A stretch of 64,000 nucleotides of DNA, from the NCBI GenBank assembly GCA_003971905.1, contig RSEE01000116.1, positions 62,001 through 126,000 of the forward strand, in the 5' to 3' direction. Positions within the stretch are counted from its first letter, which is position 1; every line of letters starts with the position of its first letter. The notes beneath the pieces are model-generated. The model saw nothing but the letters and a program-made list of their open reading frames with translations, did no database searches and was not told where the DNA came from. Position numbers and translations under genes: made by a program. The stretch is from Moniliella sp. 'wahieum'. Lineage: Eukaryota. This document shows, piece after piece, positions 1 through 12,251 of this stretch.

Positions 1-1056
1 CTATACCTTCTGTGGGTATCTGGACCCAAGCCACTGAGTACCCCGTACTCGGTACTCACTCCACACGGACCTTGCCTCCCCTCTTGCGCCTTCTTTGTCT
101 CTCCCTAGTCCTTGTATATTTCTGCAACGGGTCGTCCTTCGCTCGCCCGTTGGGCTAGTAGGTTGGCTTTTGATCACGGTGATTTACGATACCCCCTACA
201 CTGATACTACTAGCCGCATTGTAAGCACTTCAAGTGTGAGCACGTGAGCACACAATCAAATGCGAAAACACTGTACTCACACTCGTTTGCTTCTTTCCTC
301 TCTGGTGCCCAGCCTGCGAGAGGAGCCTCGCATGTCCCTGATAGATCCTACACCGATTGAATCCCCTGTTATCATGTTGGTAATTGGGTGGCACTGTGGG
401 TTGGAATTTGGACTGAGTTGAGTACTGAGAGGAGCTCCTGGCCCTCTCGGTGCAGTGTCCCATTGCATTTTTTTGTAAAAAGGGAGATATGGCATACTAG
501 ATCACAGCGATGTAGCAGCGGTCAAGTGGTATCCCTCCTGCTCGTGGAGGCGGAGGAGGTGGGGGGCACGGTGGGCCGGTCCGAGAAAACAAAAGGACAA
601 AACGCGATCGAGGGGAGAGACGGAGAAGTGCACCAGAAAGATTGGGCATCGAGACGAACGAGCAGAGCGACCGAGAGAACAAGTCAAGGTTCGACGTTCA
701 CGCTTCAAGCGAGACACGATCCAAGCAAGAGGACAAGAGAGACAATTGGAGGAGCTACGGATAAGGAGTGGCGAGTGACGGAAGGAAGGAAGGAAGGAGA
801 ATATGGAAATGGTCGTGTGTTGGGACAAGGAACATCAGGAACGACATTGAGTCTAACTCCGCAGAGATCCAGCATCAAGCTTGAACCGTCGAGAGAGAGG
901 AGAGATCAGAGGAGAGAGGGGGAGGGGGGGGGGAGGGGGTGCAATTGAATTGGTGTACGAAGAGCCGTGCGAGAGTAGCGCGTGTTGGAGACCGATCCGA
1001 AGGGAATTCAATCCATCAACGTACGAACATATACTTCAGTTGCTTGAATTGTGCAC

Positions 1057-3907
1057 CTAGCTCGACCCTGACGAAGGCGGGATCGGGTTGGGCAACCAGA
1101 GTCCATTGGGTGCCGGGGCAAAGCCCAAGGGGGGAACGGGCTTGTTGACCAACTCCAACGCGCCCTGCAACGTATTGGTTTCCACCCGGTTGCCCCACCA
1201 GAGGTTTTCGCCGTTGAACGCATTGTCAACCGCGAGCTTGTTCGTGTTGGGCAACTCGAGACAAATGTCAATCAAAAACGACATAAGGGAGCTACCGGCG
1301 GTAAAGCCAGCGGACAAGACGTAATTGTAATCGGTCCAAAACTCAAAGTAATGCCGACGCAAAAAGTACTGGAAAAACCATCCGACCAAGAACCACGACG
1401 TAAAGTTGATCCCTGTCGCGGGGGGCATCATGCCCGTCGCACCAAAGAAGACGGGCCAGTTGATGAACCGCACCCACGAGTTGGGGTACTTTCTAGCCAA
1501 AAGCCAAGTAGGGATCGGGATCAAGGCTCCCACAATGAACATGATGTTCAGCGCACCGTAGGTTTCCCCCACGGCAAACGTGCGCCCTGGGCCAATTAGG
1601 CCCCAGATGATACTCGCTGCAGGGGTCAAAACGCGGGATCCAGTCAGTGAGAGTTCTCACAAGGGAGAGAAAGAAGAAGAAGAAGGCCGAAGGGTTAAAA
1701 GGGAGACGAACCTGAGTAAAATGTTTTCTGTGAGGCACAGGTAAAGTGGGCCGGACTGATTTTCTGGTTGGGGTCAACGCCACAGAGGTTGTGGGTCGAC
1801 TTGAAGAGGAACGCAGTCACGCCCACCTGGACAAAGCAGGCCCAGATGGTGGAGACGATCTGGGCCCAGAACATGTCCCGAGGCGGAACTTTCATATAAT
1901 GCCCCAGCTTCAGGTCTTGGAGAAACGTGACGGATTGGACCATGGTGATGTACCCAAACGTTTTGAAAATCATCATTGCAATCGGTCGCCCTGGGAGCGC
2001 ATAGCCCACAATCAACTCACTAATCACGTTGAGCCCAGGAGTGTTGGACGTGACGGCGGTAATGATGCCGATCGGGACGGTGTACACGGCACTCATCACC
2101 AAGGCCACCACCAACATCCAAATGGGCAATTGCGTCTTGTACACGTACACGGACGGCACTGCCATCCCAAACGAAATCAAAAACAGTACCCCATACCACC
2201 AGTACGGCACCTCTTTGTACCGCGACATGAGGCGGGCGTGGATGTCGGGTTCCTCATGCAACGACCGCTTGACTTGCCGCACAATGTCGCCCCAGTAAAA
2301 CAGAGCGACTTGGCTCAGGGTGGAAGTGATGACACCAAAGCCAACGCCATAGCTGATCATAAATGTCTGCACAAGCACAGGATACGAAATAAAAGGGGTC
2401 AGTGGTGTCCTGATCATCAACAGCTAGCCACAATTCGACCCGGCCGTTTTTGGGTTTCCAAAAGGTAAAGGTGGAAGAGGGGGTAGGGGGGATCATGCGA
2501 GGCGACGTACGGCGCTAAGGTATTCCTTGGAATAGGACATGTACTTGTCGAGGTCCAGCTCGTAGTTTTCATTCACCACAAAATCCACCGAGTACGACTG
2601 ACCAAAGCGGTCGTAGATACCATTGTTGCTGAAACTGAGGTAGCCCGTGTAGCGCGCATTGGTGGCCCACAGGATGGGCGCCACAAACCCAATGATCAAC
2701 ACGTACCCCACAATCGTATTGAGAATCGCAAACCACGGTACATACATGGGCGAACCCAAGGCACTGGTGACTTGCATCCAATCGAGCGAGATCATGTTGA
2801 ACCCGATCCCGCCCGAACCACCAAAGACAATGTTGACGCCCTTGTTTTTGGGTGCGGCCCAGGTAGGCCAGGAAAAGACAGACAGACCAGTAAACAGGTA
2901 GGAGGGCACAACTTGCCACAGAAACAGCGTGACACCTCCCACGGTAAACATCTTGAACCGGGACCAGCCACGGAAACTGCCCACTTTTTTGTTTTCGTGC
3001 ATCGAGGTAAGGAAGGCCGTGTTGGTCAGGTTGATGGGCCAGATCATCGACGCGGGCCAAACAAGGATCTGGCGACAAAATCCTGCGTAGGAAAATCCAA
3101 TCATCTGCGTGGCCAGCGTGAGCATGATCATGTACCCCGCCGTCATGTGCTGGCCATAAAACGCGTGCTGCGAGATGAAGATGTCGGTACTGTAGGGGTA
3201 CCGACACCGACGGTGGCCATCACCGAGATCATGGTGTGTTCCTTGATGTTGAACGGACCCGGGTTGATCCAGCCGGGCAGCGGCCAGGTTTGCGGGTAGG
3301 GAATTTTGGCCATGGCCACCGATGGGGTAGGCAAACAGTTGCACTGCGATCGACGGGAAGGTAATCACGGGCCACTGGGTTGGCGCGCGGTAAGATGGTG
3401 TGGGAGGGGGGGGGGTTAGAGAAGAGGAGGGCGAGAGGACGGTTAGAAAAAAAAAACAAAAAATATTTATCCAACAAAGAAGAGAGTGACGAGGAGAAGA
3501 GAGAGAACATACCTGGGCGGAGAAGTACATGTTGATGCCACTGAGGACGGTGCAGGCAATCATGCCGATGAACCAGGCGCGGAAGGTGTTGGCCTTCATG
3601 GTGGGATCATCGAGGTTGCTGACGGCGGCACGGACCTCGGGGTAGATCGAGTCGTCTTCAATCACATCCTCCAGGCGCATCTCGGCCTTCTGGTCGCCCT
3701 TGGTCAGCGCACGGTCCGCCTCGCGCAGCAAGGCGGGATCGAGGTTGGGGTCGTTGAGGCGGCCATCGACGATTTCGTGGCGAATGTCGCGCTCGATGGA
3801 GCCAAAGGCAGCCTCATGGTCCAGCTGGTAGGGAGCGGAAGGTGGAGGAAGCCTTCGGTGAGGGCGTCCTTGGACTCGTCCTTGTCGGCGTGGTATGCGG
3901 GCTGCAT
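1057..3907 (-). CDS. OPT-family oligopeptide transporter (Isp4/Opt-like), 4 exons, with apparent frameshifts
   Basis: Motifs EDDSIYPEVRAAVSNLDDP, TFRAWFIG, NPGPFNIKEH, LVWPASMIWP, DIHARLMSRYKEVPYWWY, FLQDLKLGHYMKVPPR and YNYVLSAG. GT-AG introns at about 3375-3512, 2367-2510 and 1617-1711. Frameshifts near 3850 and 3200-3320. Start codon uncertain. Confidence 0.93.
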
Positions 3908-4519
3908 GGCGCGGGGGGCACACGAGCGGACGCAAGAAGCGCAGGGGACGGCGCGGGGGGTTATATACCATGGGCGATGGGCGGGGGTGGTGGTGGCGCG
4001 GAGTGGCGTGGCGTGGAGTACGGATGGGGTGGTGGGCAGAGACATGGCATGCGCTCGCATTCGCTGCCTGCGCTCTGCTGCTGCAGGGGGAGCACTGCCT
4101 CGCACCCCAGCGCTCGCCCACTAGCTCGCACTGCCCCACACTGCCTCGCACCGCCTCGCACTGCCCGTCTCGCCTCCGCAAATGGCCGCACACTGCCCCG
4201 AAGGGCGAGCGCGCGCTGCACTGGCGCCGTGCCTGCGCTGCCCGCAGAGTGCAGGTGGTGCGCCCCCGTACGGCGCCAGCCCCGACATAGCCCCCTGGCC
4301 ATGCACGGGGCAGCTGGCGCGTGCTGCGGTCGCTCTGCGGGCGGTGCATGTGCCTCCCTGCCTCCCTGCAGCCCACCTCGTGCGCCCCCCACGGCCCCAC
4401 CCTCACGCGCACGCCCATGTCCATGCTGCTGGCCAACACGTGCCCGCCCCTCCCACCCACCACCACCATCCGCATCCTCAGGCAACCTTAACCCCACACC
4501 CCCCTCCGTAGTCGGATTG

Positions 4520-5780
4520 TAGGCACCGTCACGAGGATGTGCAAATCGCATTCAGTTATTGCCGACAGGCGCAAACATCCAACGACCATGATGACCAGTG
4601 CTTAATACCAATAGTGTACCGCCGGTGTATTATACCCCATCCCGGAGACGCCTCCAAGTCAATGCTCTGTGCCCAACGACGACAATCCGCGAGAGACACG
4701 TACGCACGGCGTTCGCCGTGTATGAATCTTCTCCAACGCCGCTGTCCGGCGAAGGCAGTGCTGGGCATCCGTACTACTACCCGTGGTCGACTCCGCTCAC
4801 CATGTATAATGTAGAGGGAAGCAAGGCGTATTTGACACTGCAAACAGTCTATATAGTAACCCAGTTTGGACTCTCATTCTGCGAGGAAGAGGACAACTAA
4901 TGGTCCGTGCACGTCCCTTGCGGCCAGCACGATACCCGTGGCATACTGCATCAGGCCAGAACGTCTCGTTAATTGTCTCGATCTTCCGCACTGCTTCCTC
5001 TTGGGCCACACTTTTTTGTCCGTCGAATGCCACATGCCACCAGAAGTCGCGAGAAGGAGAAGTATCGAGATTCTCATCAATCCTCGTCCTCTGCCCTGTG
5101 ACTAGTGATGTGACTCTCTTCTATAACAGGGGCGCGGGCACGGACTTGCTCTCTGCCCCGCCACATGGCCTCTTTCTCCTGTGGCACTGCATCCCACTCC
5201 TTGGGCCGAGACGCTACTAAGAGTAGGACCTTACAATCGTCAAAGATTTTCCCATTTGCCCTACTACTACTATTACTCCCAGCGTTTCCTTTCGCGTTGG
5301 GCAGACGTCTAGTACCCAGGGTGCCCCCCCCCGACACCATCTCCTCTGCCGTTGGTACCAATATGATCTCTGCCGATCTGATTTCTGTTGTGGTTACATA
5401 AAACGACCCGACCCTCTGGCTTGGTTCGTGCGGTTCTTCAACTAAGTCGAAGTCAGTCGCATTGCAGTCAGCATGGGTTCCGTCTTCGAGCGTCAATCTT
5501 CTTGCGCCCGGTTCGTGCGTTTATAACGAGGATCTTCGCACCATCTGTCATGCTCGGCTGGGATCGTACATGTGACACCTCCGTCTGCCGTGCCGCGTTC
5601 GCTACCGAGGGAGCAGTATGTGACCCGTTTTGTCGCATATACACGCACTATAGCCTTCTACGACCGACACTTTCCCTTCTCGCTCCTCCCTACCGTTGCA
5701 TCGCGATCCCAGTGGCACTGCAAGCGCCTGGGATCGTCTGGTCATAGTGCACATACTCTACTAGAGCCGACTTGAATTGC
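4520..5780 (-). mobile_element. Possible highly degenerate LTR-retrotransposon (Ty1/copia-like) relic
   Basis: Composition differs from the flanking genes (lower GC, no low-complexity tracts). Broken minus-strand peptides HWDRDATVGRSEKG / DLVEEP / EIILVPTAEEMV loosely resemble copia RNase H motifs. No intact ORF or LTR pair seen. Confidence 0.25.
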
Positions 5781-5983
5781 ATCTGCATCCGATCCGCCTC
5801 GCCGCTCGCTCCGGGGCACCGGTTGGCGGCGGGGAACCTTCCTAGCTTGCCTACGCGTTCCCTTTACGCCTTTAGCCTTAGCCTTCAGCCTAAGCCTGAG
5901 GCTGAGGCTTAGCTGTCTGTCCCTTTAGGCTTAGCGGTACGCCCTAAGCCTGGACGGGGGCCTTGGTGGTACCTGCGCTGTTG

Positions 5984-7936
5984 CTAGCGTGCGCCAGCAC
6001 CCGTACGCTCTTCCGCAACAAGCGCAGCAACACGAGCGGATCGCTCGCCCGTCACACGCCGCACCAGCACCAGCACCGCAGTGAGCAGGAGTGTGACACT
6101 GAGCGTGTCGAGCGCCACGCGCGCGGCGAGGTACGCCAAAGCCAACCCGATGCGTACCGGGCGCAGAGAGCAGCACGTTCCCCAGCGCATGACCGACAGT
6201 GGGTGTATGCGTGGACGTGTGTGGCTGCGTAACGTCCACCCCCACCCCCATGCCATGCCCAAGTCTCTTCCGTCCCCGTCGCGCGACAGACCCAGGACAA
6301 CTCGCATATCTTGCGCGGCGTTCCACAGCGCGCGGCGTAGGGGGACCAGTGCGCCAGCTGGGCTCGACGTTCCCACCCACCAGAACGGAGTCCCCCTGCC
6401 CCTCCCCTCCGGCCCCCATCCCGGTTCCCATTGGGCCTTCTAGAGCCGCGCGCTGCTCTACGCGCGTCATGCGGTCGTGCAGCCCAAGCAAACTCGCTTG
6501 GATCCGCTCCAGCGCCACGTCACCGCATCCGCGCGCGTCGACCCGAGCCTCACCGAGCCGGGGTGCGATCCCACATCAGAAATCCGAGGTAGACGAGCTT
6601 CTGCCTCACCTTGCGCGTGCGCGTGCGGGTATGCTTGCGTTTGTGCTTGGCTTGTCTGGGCCGAACCAGCGCCGAGCCACTACGGCCTCCGACCGACGAA
6701 GCAGCGTAGGTTGACGATCCGCCCCGGGCCGCACCGGACGGTACAGTCCCGCAGTTGGATGCGCCAAGGGCCCGGCCGGTTGACCTGACACGCTCTGCGG
6801 CCCCGCGGGGGGCGGGTAGCGGCCCGACCAGGCGTGGGACAGACCGCTTTCGGACCCAGGCTGTTGCCACTGCGATTGCGATTGCGCGTGCGATTGCGCG
6901 TGCGGGTGCACGTGTGGTTGTGGCGGTGGCGGGTGGGGGTCGGGACCTGGGTCGAGGACGAACCCAGCTCGTCCCGGTCCCTAACCCTCCTTCCTGGTGG
7001 GAGGGGGTGCGCAGCAGCACGTCCGAAGCGGGGTAGTGCGGCTTGGTGGTGGCGCTAGCACTGGCGCGGGATGCTGATGTCACCGACTCGCACCCGGCCG
7101 GCTGAGGCGCTGCGAACCCCATCGGAAGTGGGTAGGACGAAGTTAGTGGTAGTTGTGGTAGTGTGGTGGTGGGGGGGGGAAGGCTGCCATACCACCTCCC
7201 GTCTTACTAGAGAGCGAGGGGGGCGGGGAGGCCAAGGTAGAGCTAGAGGTTGGGTGGTGGTGTCGGGCTGCGCGCGGTGCCGATCCGGACGCACCAGTCG
7301 TCTCCCCTCCTTCGTCGCCTCGCCTCGCCATCGTCATAGTATCTTGGCTGCGGGGGGAAGCGCGGGAGCACCGGACGGGACGCGCGGGTGCGAGTCGGAT
7401 TGCGAATGCGATTGCGAATGCGAATGCGAATATGAATGCGAATGCGAATGCGGATGGGAGGGGGAAGGGAATCCTCCTCCTCCTCCTCCTCCTCCTCCTC
7501 CTCATCGTCGTACTCGTCATACTGGCTGCCTTCGCCGGTAGCGTCCGAGTCGGTATAGTCCTCATCAGTAGTGACCAGGTAGAGTCCATGACCTGTTCCG
7601 CGATCTGGTCCGAAAAGTTCTCCAACTCGTCAATCACGCCATGGCCTGGGGCCGATCGCGGTAGCGGCGCAAGGTGCGCAGCATAGCGCCATCAAAGCTG
7701 CTTTGCGTCGCGGGCACGGAGGCCGCGTCGCGCAGCCCCACCATCCCACTTGGGCGCGCCCGAGCATGAGAGCGCCGGGGCCGCGGCGCACTGACATCCT
7801 CGGTCCTTGCTTGTAGAGGCTGTACAGCGCCAGCTTTTCCTCGTACGACGTCTGGATCGGCGGCCGGCGGCGGCAGCGATTGCGCAATGGCCACCGTGTG
7901 GCTGAACAGCGCGTCGATCACATCGTCGCTGCTCAT
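5984..7936 (-). CDS. Acyl-CoA-binding domain protein with coiled coil and C-terminal membrane anchor (ACBD5/Atg37-like), frameshifted
   Basis: N-terminal MSSDDVIDALFSHTVAIAQSLP and IQTSYEEKLALYSLYKQ (ACBP signature KLxLYxLYKQ). Coiled coil ALERIQASLLGLHDRMTRVEQR. Hydrophobic segment IGLALAYLAARVALDTLSVTLLLTAVLVLVRR near the C-terminus. Confidence 0.75.
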
Positions 7937-8227
7937 CGCGGCGGGCGCAGGGCTTGGGGCGATGGGAGAGCGCAGCGATGGCAGCGCAGCCGACGCCGAT
8001 GGCCACCGGCGCTGGGGTGGTGGGCGCGCCGGGCTGGACGCGGGCGGGGCATTCCGCCCAGCGGGCACGGGGGCAGTGTGCCGGTGCTCATGCAGGCGGC
8101 GCGGGGCGCTGCGAGAGGGTTAAATGTAACCCCACCACACACGCTTCGATCCTACGGTGTAACCCCCCTCCCGACACCACCATCACCAGGTGGGAACGAA
8201 GCCAGGGATTAACAAGGGAACGAATTC

Positions 8228-8295
8228 CATCCATCTATCCATCTATCCATCTACCCATCCACCCATCCACTAATCTATCCATCCACCCATCCATC
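8228..8295 (+). repeat. (CCAT/CTAT)n microsatellite
   Basis: Directly visible tetranucleotide repeat in intergenic DNA. Confidence 0.85.
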
Positions 8296-8411
8296 AATCA
8301 AAGCAGCCAGTGAAGTGCGAAAGTGTCAAGTGGAAGTGGGAAGTGGGAAGGGGAGTGTGAGGAAGCGTGCGGGGTAAGCTACAACCACTGCAGGACGGAC
8401 GACGACGACAG

Positions 8412-11292
8412 TTAGCTCGACGTGGCAGTCACCGTGCTCTCGGGCGCAGGAGAGGCCTTGGTCTCCTTTTGCTTTTCCGTTTCCTTCTCCTCCTTCTTGC
8501 TTTCGGCCTTGGGTTCGACCTTCGTCTCAGGTTTCACCTCGGGCTTCACCTCAGGTTTGGTCTCCGGCTTGGGTTCAACCTTCGCCTCGGGCTTCACCTC
8601 GGGCTTGGCCTCAGGCTTGGCCTCGGGCTTGGACTTGGGGGCATTGTTGGCGTCGGACTTGGACTTGGTCTCCGAGGTAGGATCGGGAGTAGGCTCCACC
8701 TTGGTTTCCACCTTGGGTTCCGACTTGAGTTCCTTGCCACTGGGCGCACTCTTGCCCTCGCCAGCTTTCTTGTCCTTGCCCGAGTCCTTGCCCGAGTCCT
8801 TGCCGGAGTCCTTGCCCGTGTCCACCGCCTTGGAGCTGTCCTTGCCTTTGCCAGGGGGGTCCTGCCCCGCGCGTTTGTCCTCGCCCTTCTTCTTGCCCTT
8901 GCCGCGCGCACGACGGTCACGCTCATCGGCCGTGTCGGGATCGGTACCCTGGACGGAAACGACTGATCCCGTCTTCTTCCTCTCCTCCTTCTTGCTGTCC
9001 TTCGTGTCTCTCTTGCTCCCCCCTTCTTTTTTGGGACCGGTAGGATTGCTGTTACTGTTACTGTTGCTGTTGCTGTTGTTGCTGTTATTGTTGTTGGTGT
9101 TGTTGGTGGAGGGAGGATCAGGCTTCTTACGCTCGCGAGCTTGGTCAGACGAGGCAGTGCGTCCATCGCGTTTAGGCCGGAAAGCACGTTGCAACGTCGG
9201 GCGTACACGTCCTACCTTCGCGCGTAGTCAACACGGCCCTCGTCGCACCCAATTGCAACGCTTCCTGCACCGCCGCCTCCGACGCAAACGTCACGTGTGC
9301 AAACCCTTTTTGAGCCCCAGTCGCACCAGCACTAGCACCACGAGCATCCGAGTCCGTGTCTCCCCCTCCGCCACCTCGACTACCCCCACGCGGGTTGTGC
9401 GTGGGGATGGTAATGTCCGTAATCTGCTTGGCCAGCGCAGGTGGGAAGTAACTTTGGATCGCCAATGGCGTCACGGGCAACGCACTGCCCAACCCGGCCA
9501 TGTGGAGCGTCAACACTGGTTCCCCACTCTGACCAGTCCCAGACCCAGTCCCAGCCCCGGTCCCAGTCCCCGACGCCGACGCCGAGGCAGAACCGCGAGC
9601 AGCGGCACTAGGTCCGCCGCTGGCCTGAGCGGGGACGTGCCGGACCGACCGCCGGCACCGGCACCGGTACCGGGCCCGGCGGACGCAGCAAGGGCGGTAC
9701 GGTCCCACGGCGCAGGGCCGCGCGCGGGCGGGGGGGGTTGTTTCGGAAGACTGGCCGGGGCAGGCGGGAGCGAAGCGGGTTTGAGAGCGGAAGCGGAAGC
9801 GGGGGCGGGTGCTGCTGCTGCTGCAGTGGCGGCGGCGGGTGTGGTCTGGTTCGGAGCTGGACCTGACGCTGGAACTGGTGCCGAAGCGGGAGCAGGGGCG
9901 AGAGCGGGTGCTGGGTTGGGAGCTGGAAGCTTGGAAGGAGCCGCATGGCCCGCGCGGCGGTAGGCAAAGTTGAATCCTTGCGACTTGGTCGTGGCTGAGA
10001 TACGGCCTTGGTGAACATCGAGGGTGAGGGAGCCGTGGGCGGCATCGGGCAAGTTCCAGTTCCAAATGTTTTTCCAGGTTGCCTCTTCGGCAGCCGAGGG
10101 GTGGGGGCCGCGCCGCCGCCTGCTTGGGACGGGGTGGGTCCGGCAGGAATGCGGTTAATGACGGCCAACGCGTTGCGGAGGAGCACACGTTGGTGATCGT
10201 CAATCACTTCTTCCACCTTGGTCTTGACTGTGTCCCATACCTCGTAAAAGGCGTTGCGGGAAGCGATGAGCTTGGCACGGAAGTTTTCCGGGTCGTGCTG
10301 GACGTTGAACTCATTGTAGGATACAGCGTAGCGGAAGTGCAAGCCGGCCGAGATGGTCAGGTCGGCACGCAACGCAATGGCCAGCAGCGCCAACAAGCCT
10401 TCCCGCCCTGGCGCGACATGGGTCAAGAGCAAGCGCGTCTCGGATGCATCGTACACTTTTGTGCTGTATCGATCAGCTCGCCAATCTGCAACAACGTTGT
10501 CCACATCGTTCCTTGACCCCCGGCAATCGTCGCGTTGCCCAGTCCATTGTCAAACAACTTGTGCATCACCACCGTTCCGCCCAGGCCGAGCAAGCGCAAG
10601 CGCACGCCACCCACCTCGATTGCCCGTGTCGTAGCCTCGTCGAGGACATGGAGATTGTGCACGCTGTACTCGCCCGTGCGGAACTTCTCGAGGACCTCGA
10701 CGTCTTCACAGGCGCCCCAGACGGTGAACACGGGCACCTGCAGCGTCAGCTGGCCCGAGAGCAATTGGGGGAACTCGGAGAGAAGCTGGGCGGTGCCCTG
10801 GTGGGCGACGGCGGTGCGCAGCGCGGCGTTGGCCACGGGACCCGAGCCGCCCTCGAGCGACAGCAGACGGGAGCGCTCGTGCTCGGGCACAAGGGGCGAG
10901 TACTGGATGAGGTGGCGCAGGGTGCGGTCCGAGATGCGCTCGAGGCTCGACTGCTCGTAAAACGCAAAGTCGCCCGTGTGGATGACGGCGTCGGCCTGGG
11001 TCTCGGCCGCGAGCTGGTTGAGGAGCGCGAGCTTGCCTGCGGGATAGGGTTGGTCAGCGAGTGTGGCAGGAGAAGACAGATGGTAGGGAGGGCGGGGGGA
11101 GTACGCACCACGCACATCGGCAATGCACAGGATGCGGCCATGGGGGCCGTCGATGACGTGGACGCCGTCGCTGACGGCGGAGGGCGTGAGCTGGAGGGCG
11201 GGGGCGGGGGCGTGTGGGTGCGGGTGGGGGTGTGGCGGGGGCTGCTTGTGTGTGGGGGCGGCGGCCGCGGCGGCGGGGGCGGGCGTGGCCAT
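8412..11292 (-). CDS. Fungal metallophosphoesterase-like protein (DUF2433-type) with a downstream RRM and a K/E/P-rich repeat tail
   Basis: RILCIADVRG, AVIHTGDFAFY, FTVWGACED, LLLTH and TISAGLH follow the calcineurin-like fold motif order. RNP1-like KGFAHVTF lies near 9290-9310. Tail has DSGK and KPE(A/V/T) repeats. Intron 11037-11108. Frameshifts near 10460, 10000 and 9200-9500. Confidence 0.8.
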
Positions 11293-12251
11293 GGCGGGGG
11301 TGCGGGTGGTGGGGAGGCAGAGGGGCGGATGGAGGCCGAGGCCGAGGGGCGGATGGATGCGCTTTCGCTTTGGGCGGCCGGCGTGGCGCATCCCGCCCAC
11401 ACAGGCGCCGTGCCCGCCCCCTCAACCCTACTGTGCCCGCGCGCGCCCCTTGCAGTTGGAGGTAACCTGAAATGGTCACGTCGGAATCAGCACTTCCGCC
11501 CGCTGGATGGGTTCATCACGAATCACTAATCACTACCGGCGATGATGGATGAAGCGACGCTTGGACGATGCGCAAGCGGCGTCGCAGGCACCGCCCATCC
11601 GTGCGTGGCCCAGCCGCCGTCCGATGCAGATGACCAATCCGGCCCAGACCGAGCACGGAAGCAAGGCAGCAAAGATACACAGAAATGACGAGGATCGATG
11701 AGCGAGATGACCGGTGACCGGTGACCCCAGGCGCGTGTGGCTCGTGCGGTCAGCGTGCTGAGTGGTGCTGAGCAGGGCAGGTGCGTAACTCAGCGTTGAG
11801 ATTGAGTGAGGTTGAGGGTGAGGCCGAGGTTGAGCGGGGCACTCAGTCGCACTGCGGCCTCAGACCGAAGGAGGACGTCCGGACGAGGGGCGCTGGGGCG
11901 GCCGCGCGCGAGTGTGCCCCCGTGCGGCCCCTTCAAAGTTTGGACCGGCCAGCAGGGGGCGTGTGTCCTCGGGCCTCTGCACCAGCCCAGTCTCCCGCCG
12001 CGTGGCTGCGTCGCCAGTGTGATATTTTTCCAAGTTCAGTGAGTCCTACGCAGTGAGTCCTCCGTTGAGCACCCGCTGTGTCTGCGCTTGCCTTGGGGCG
12101 AGCAAGAGGCTGCTGGGGTGCTTCGATATCGTATCGATGGGGGCCTCCTAGATCGCACGTCGTAACTGGCACCTGGCAGCCCCCACGGGTGCCTGTCTCC
12201 TGTTCCCCGTTGCTCTCTCCCTCCTCCTTCCCTCTGCCACCACCGGCTGCC

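Noticed and set aside
1..200. Possible LTR end (segment ending ...ccccctaca)
   Set aside because: Truncated by the window edge; no second copy, target-site duplication or primer-binding site visible.
8422..9963. Long antisense ORFs (for example 8422-9963+, 32072-33388-, 47537-48943-)
   Set aside because: Shadow ORFs expected opposite real genes in high-GC DNA; no recognisable motifs.
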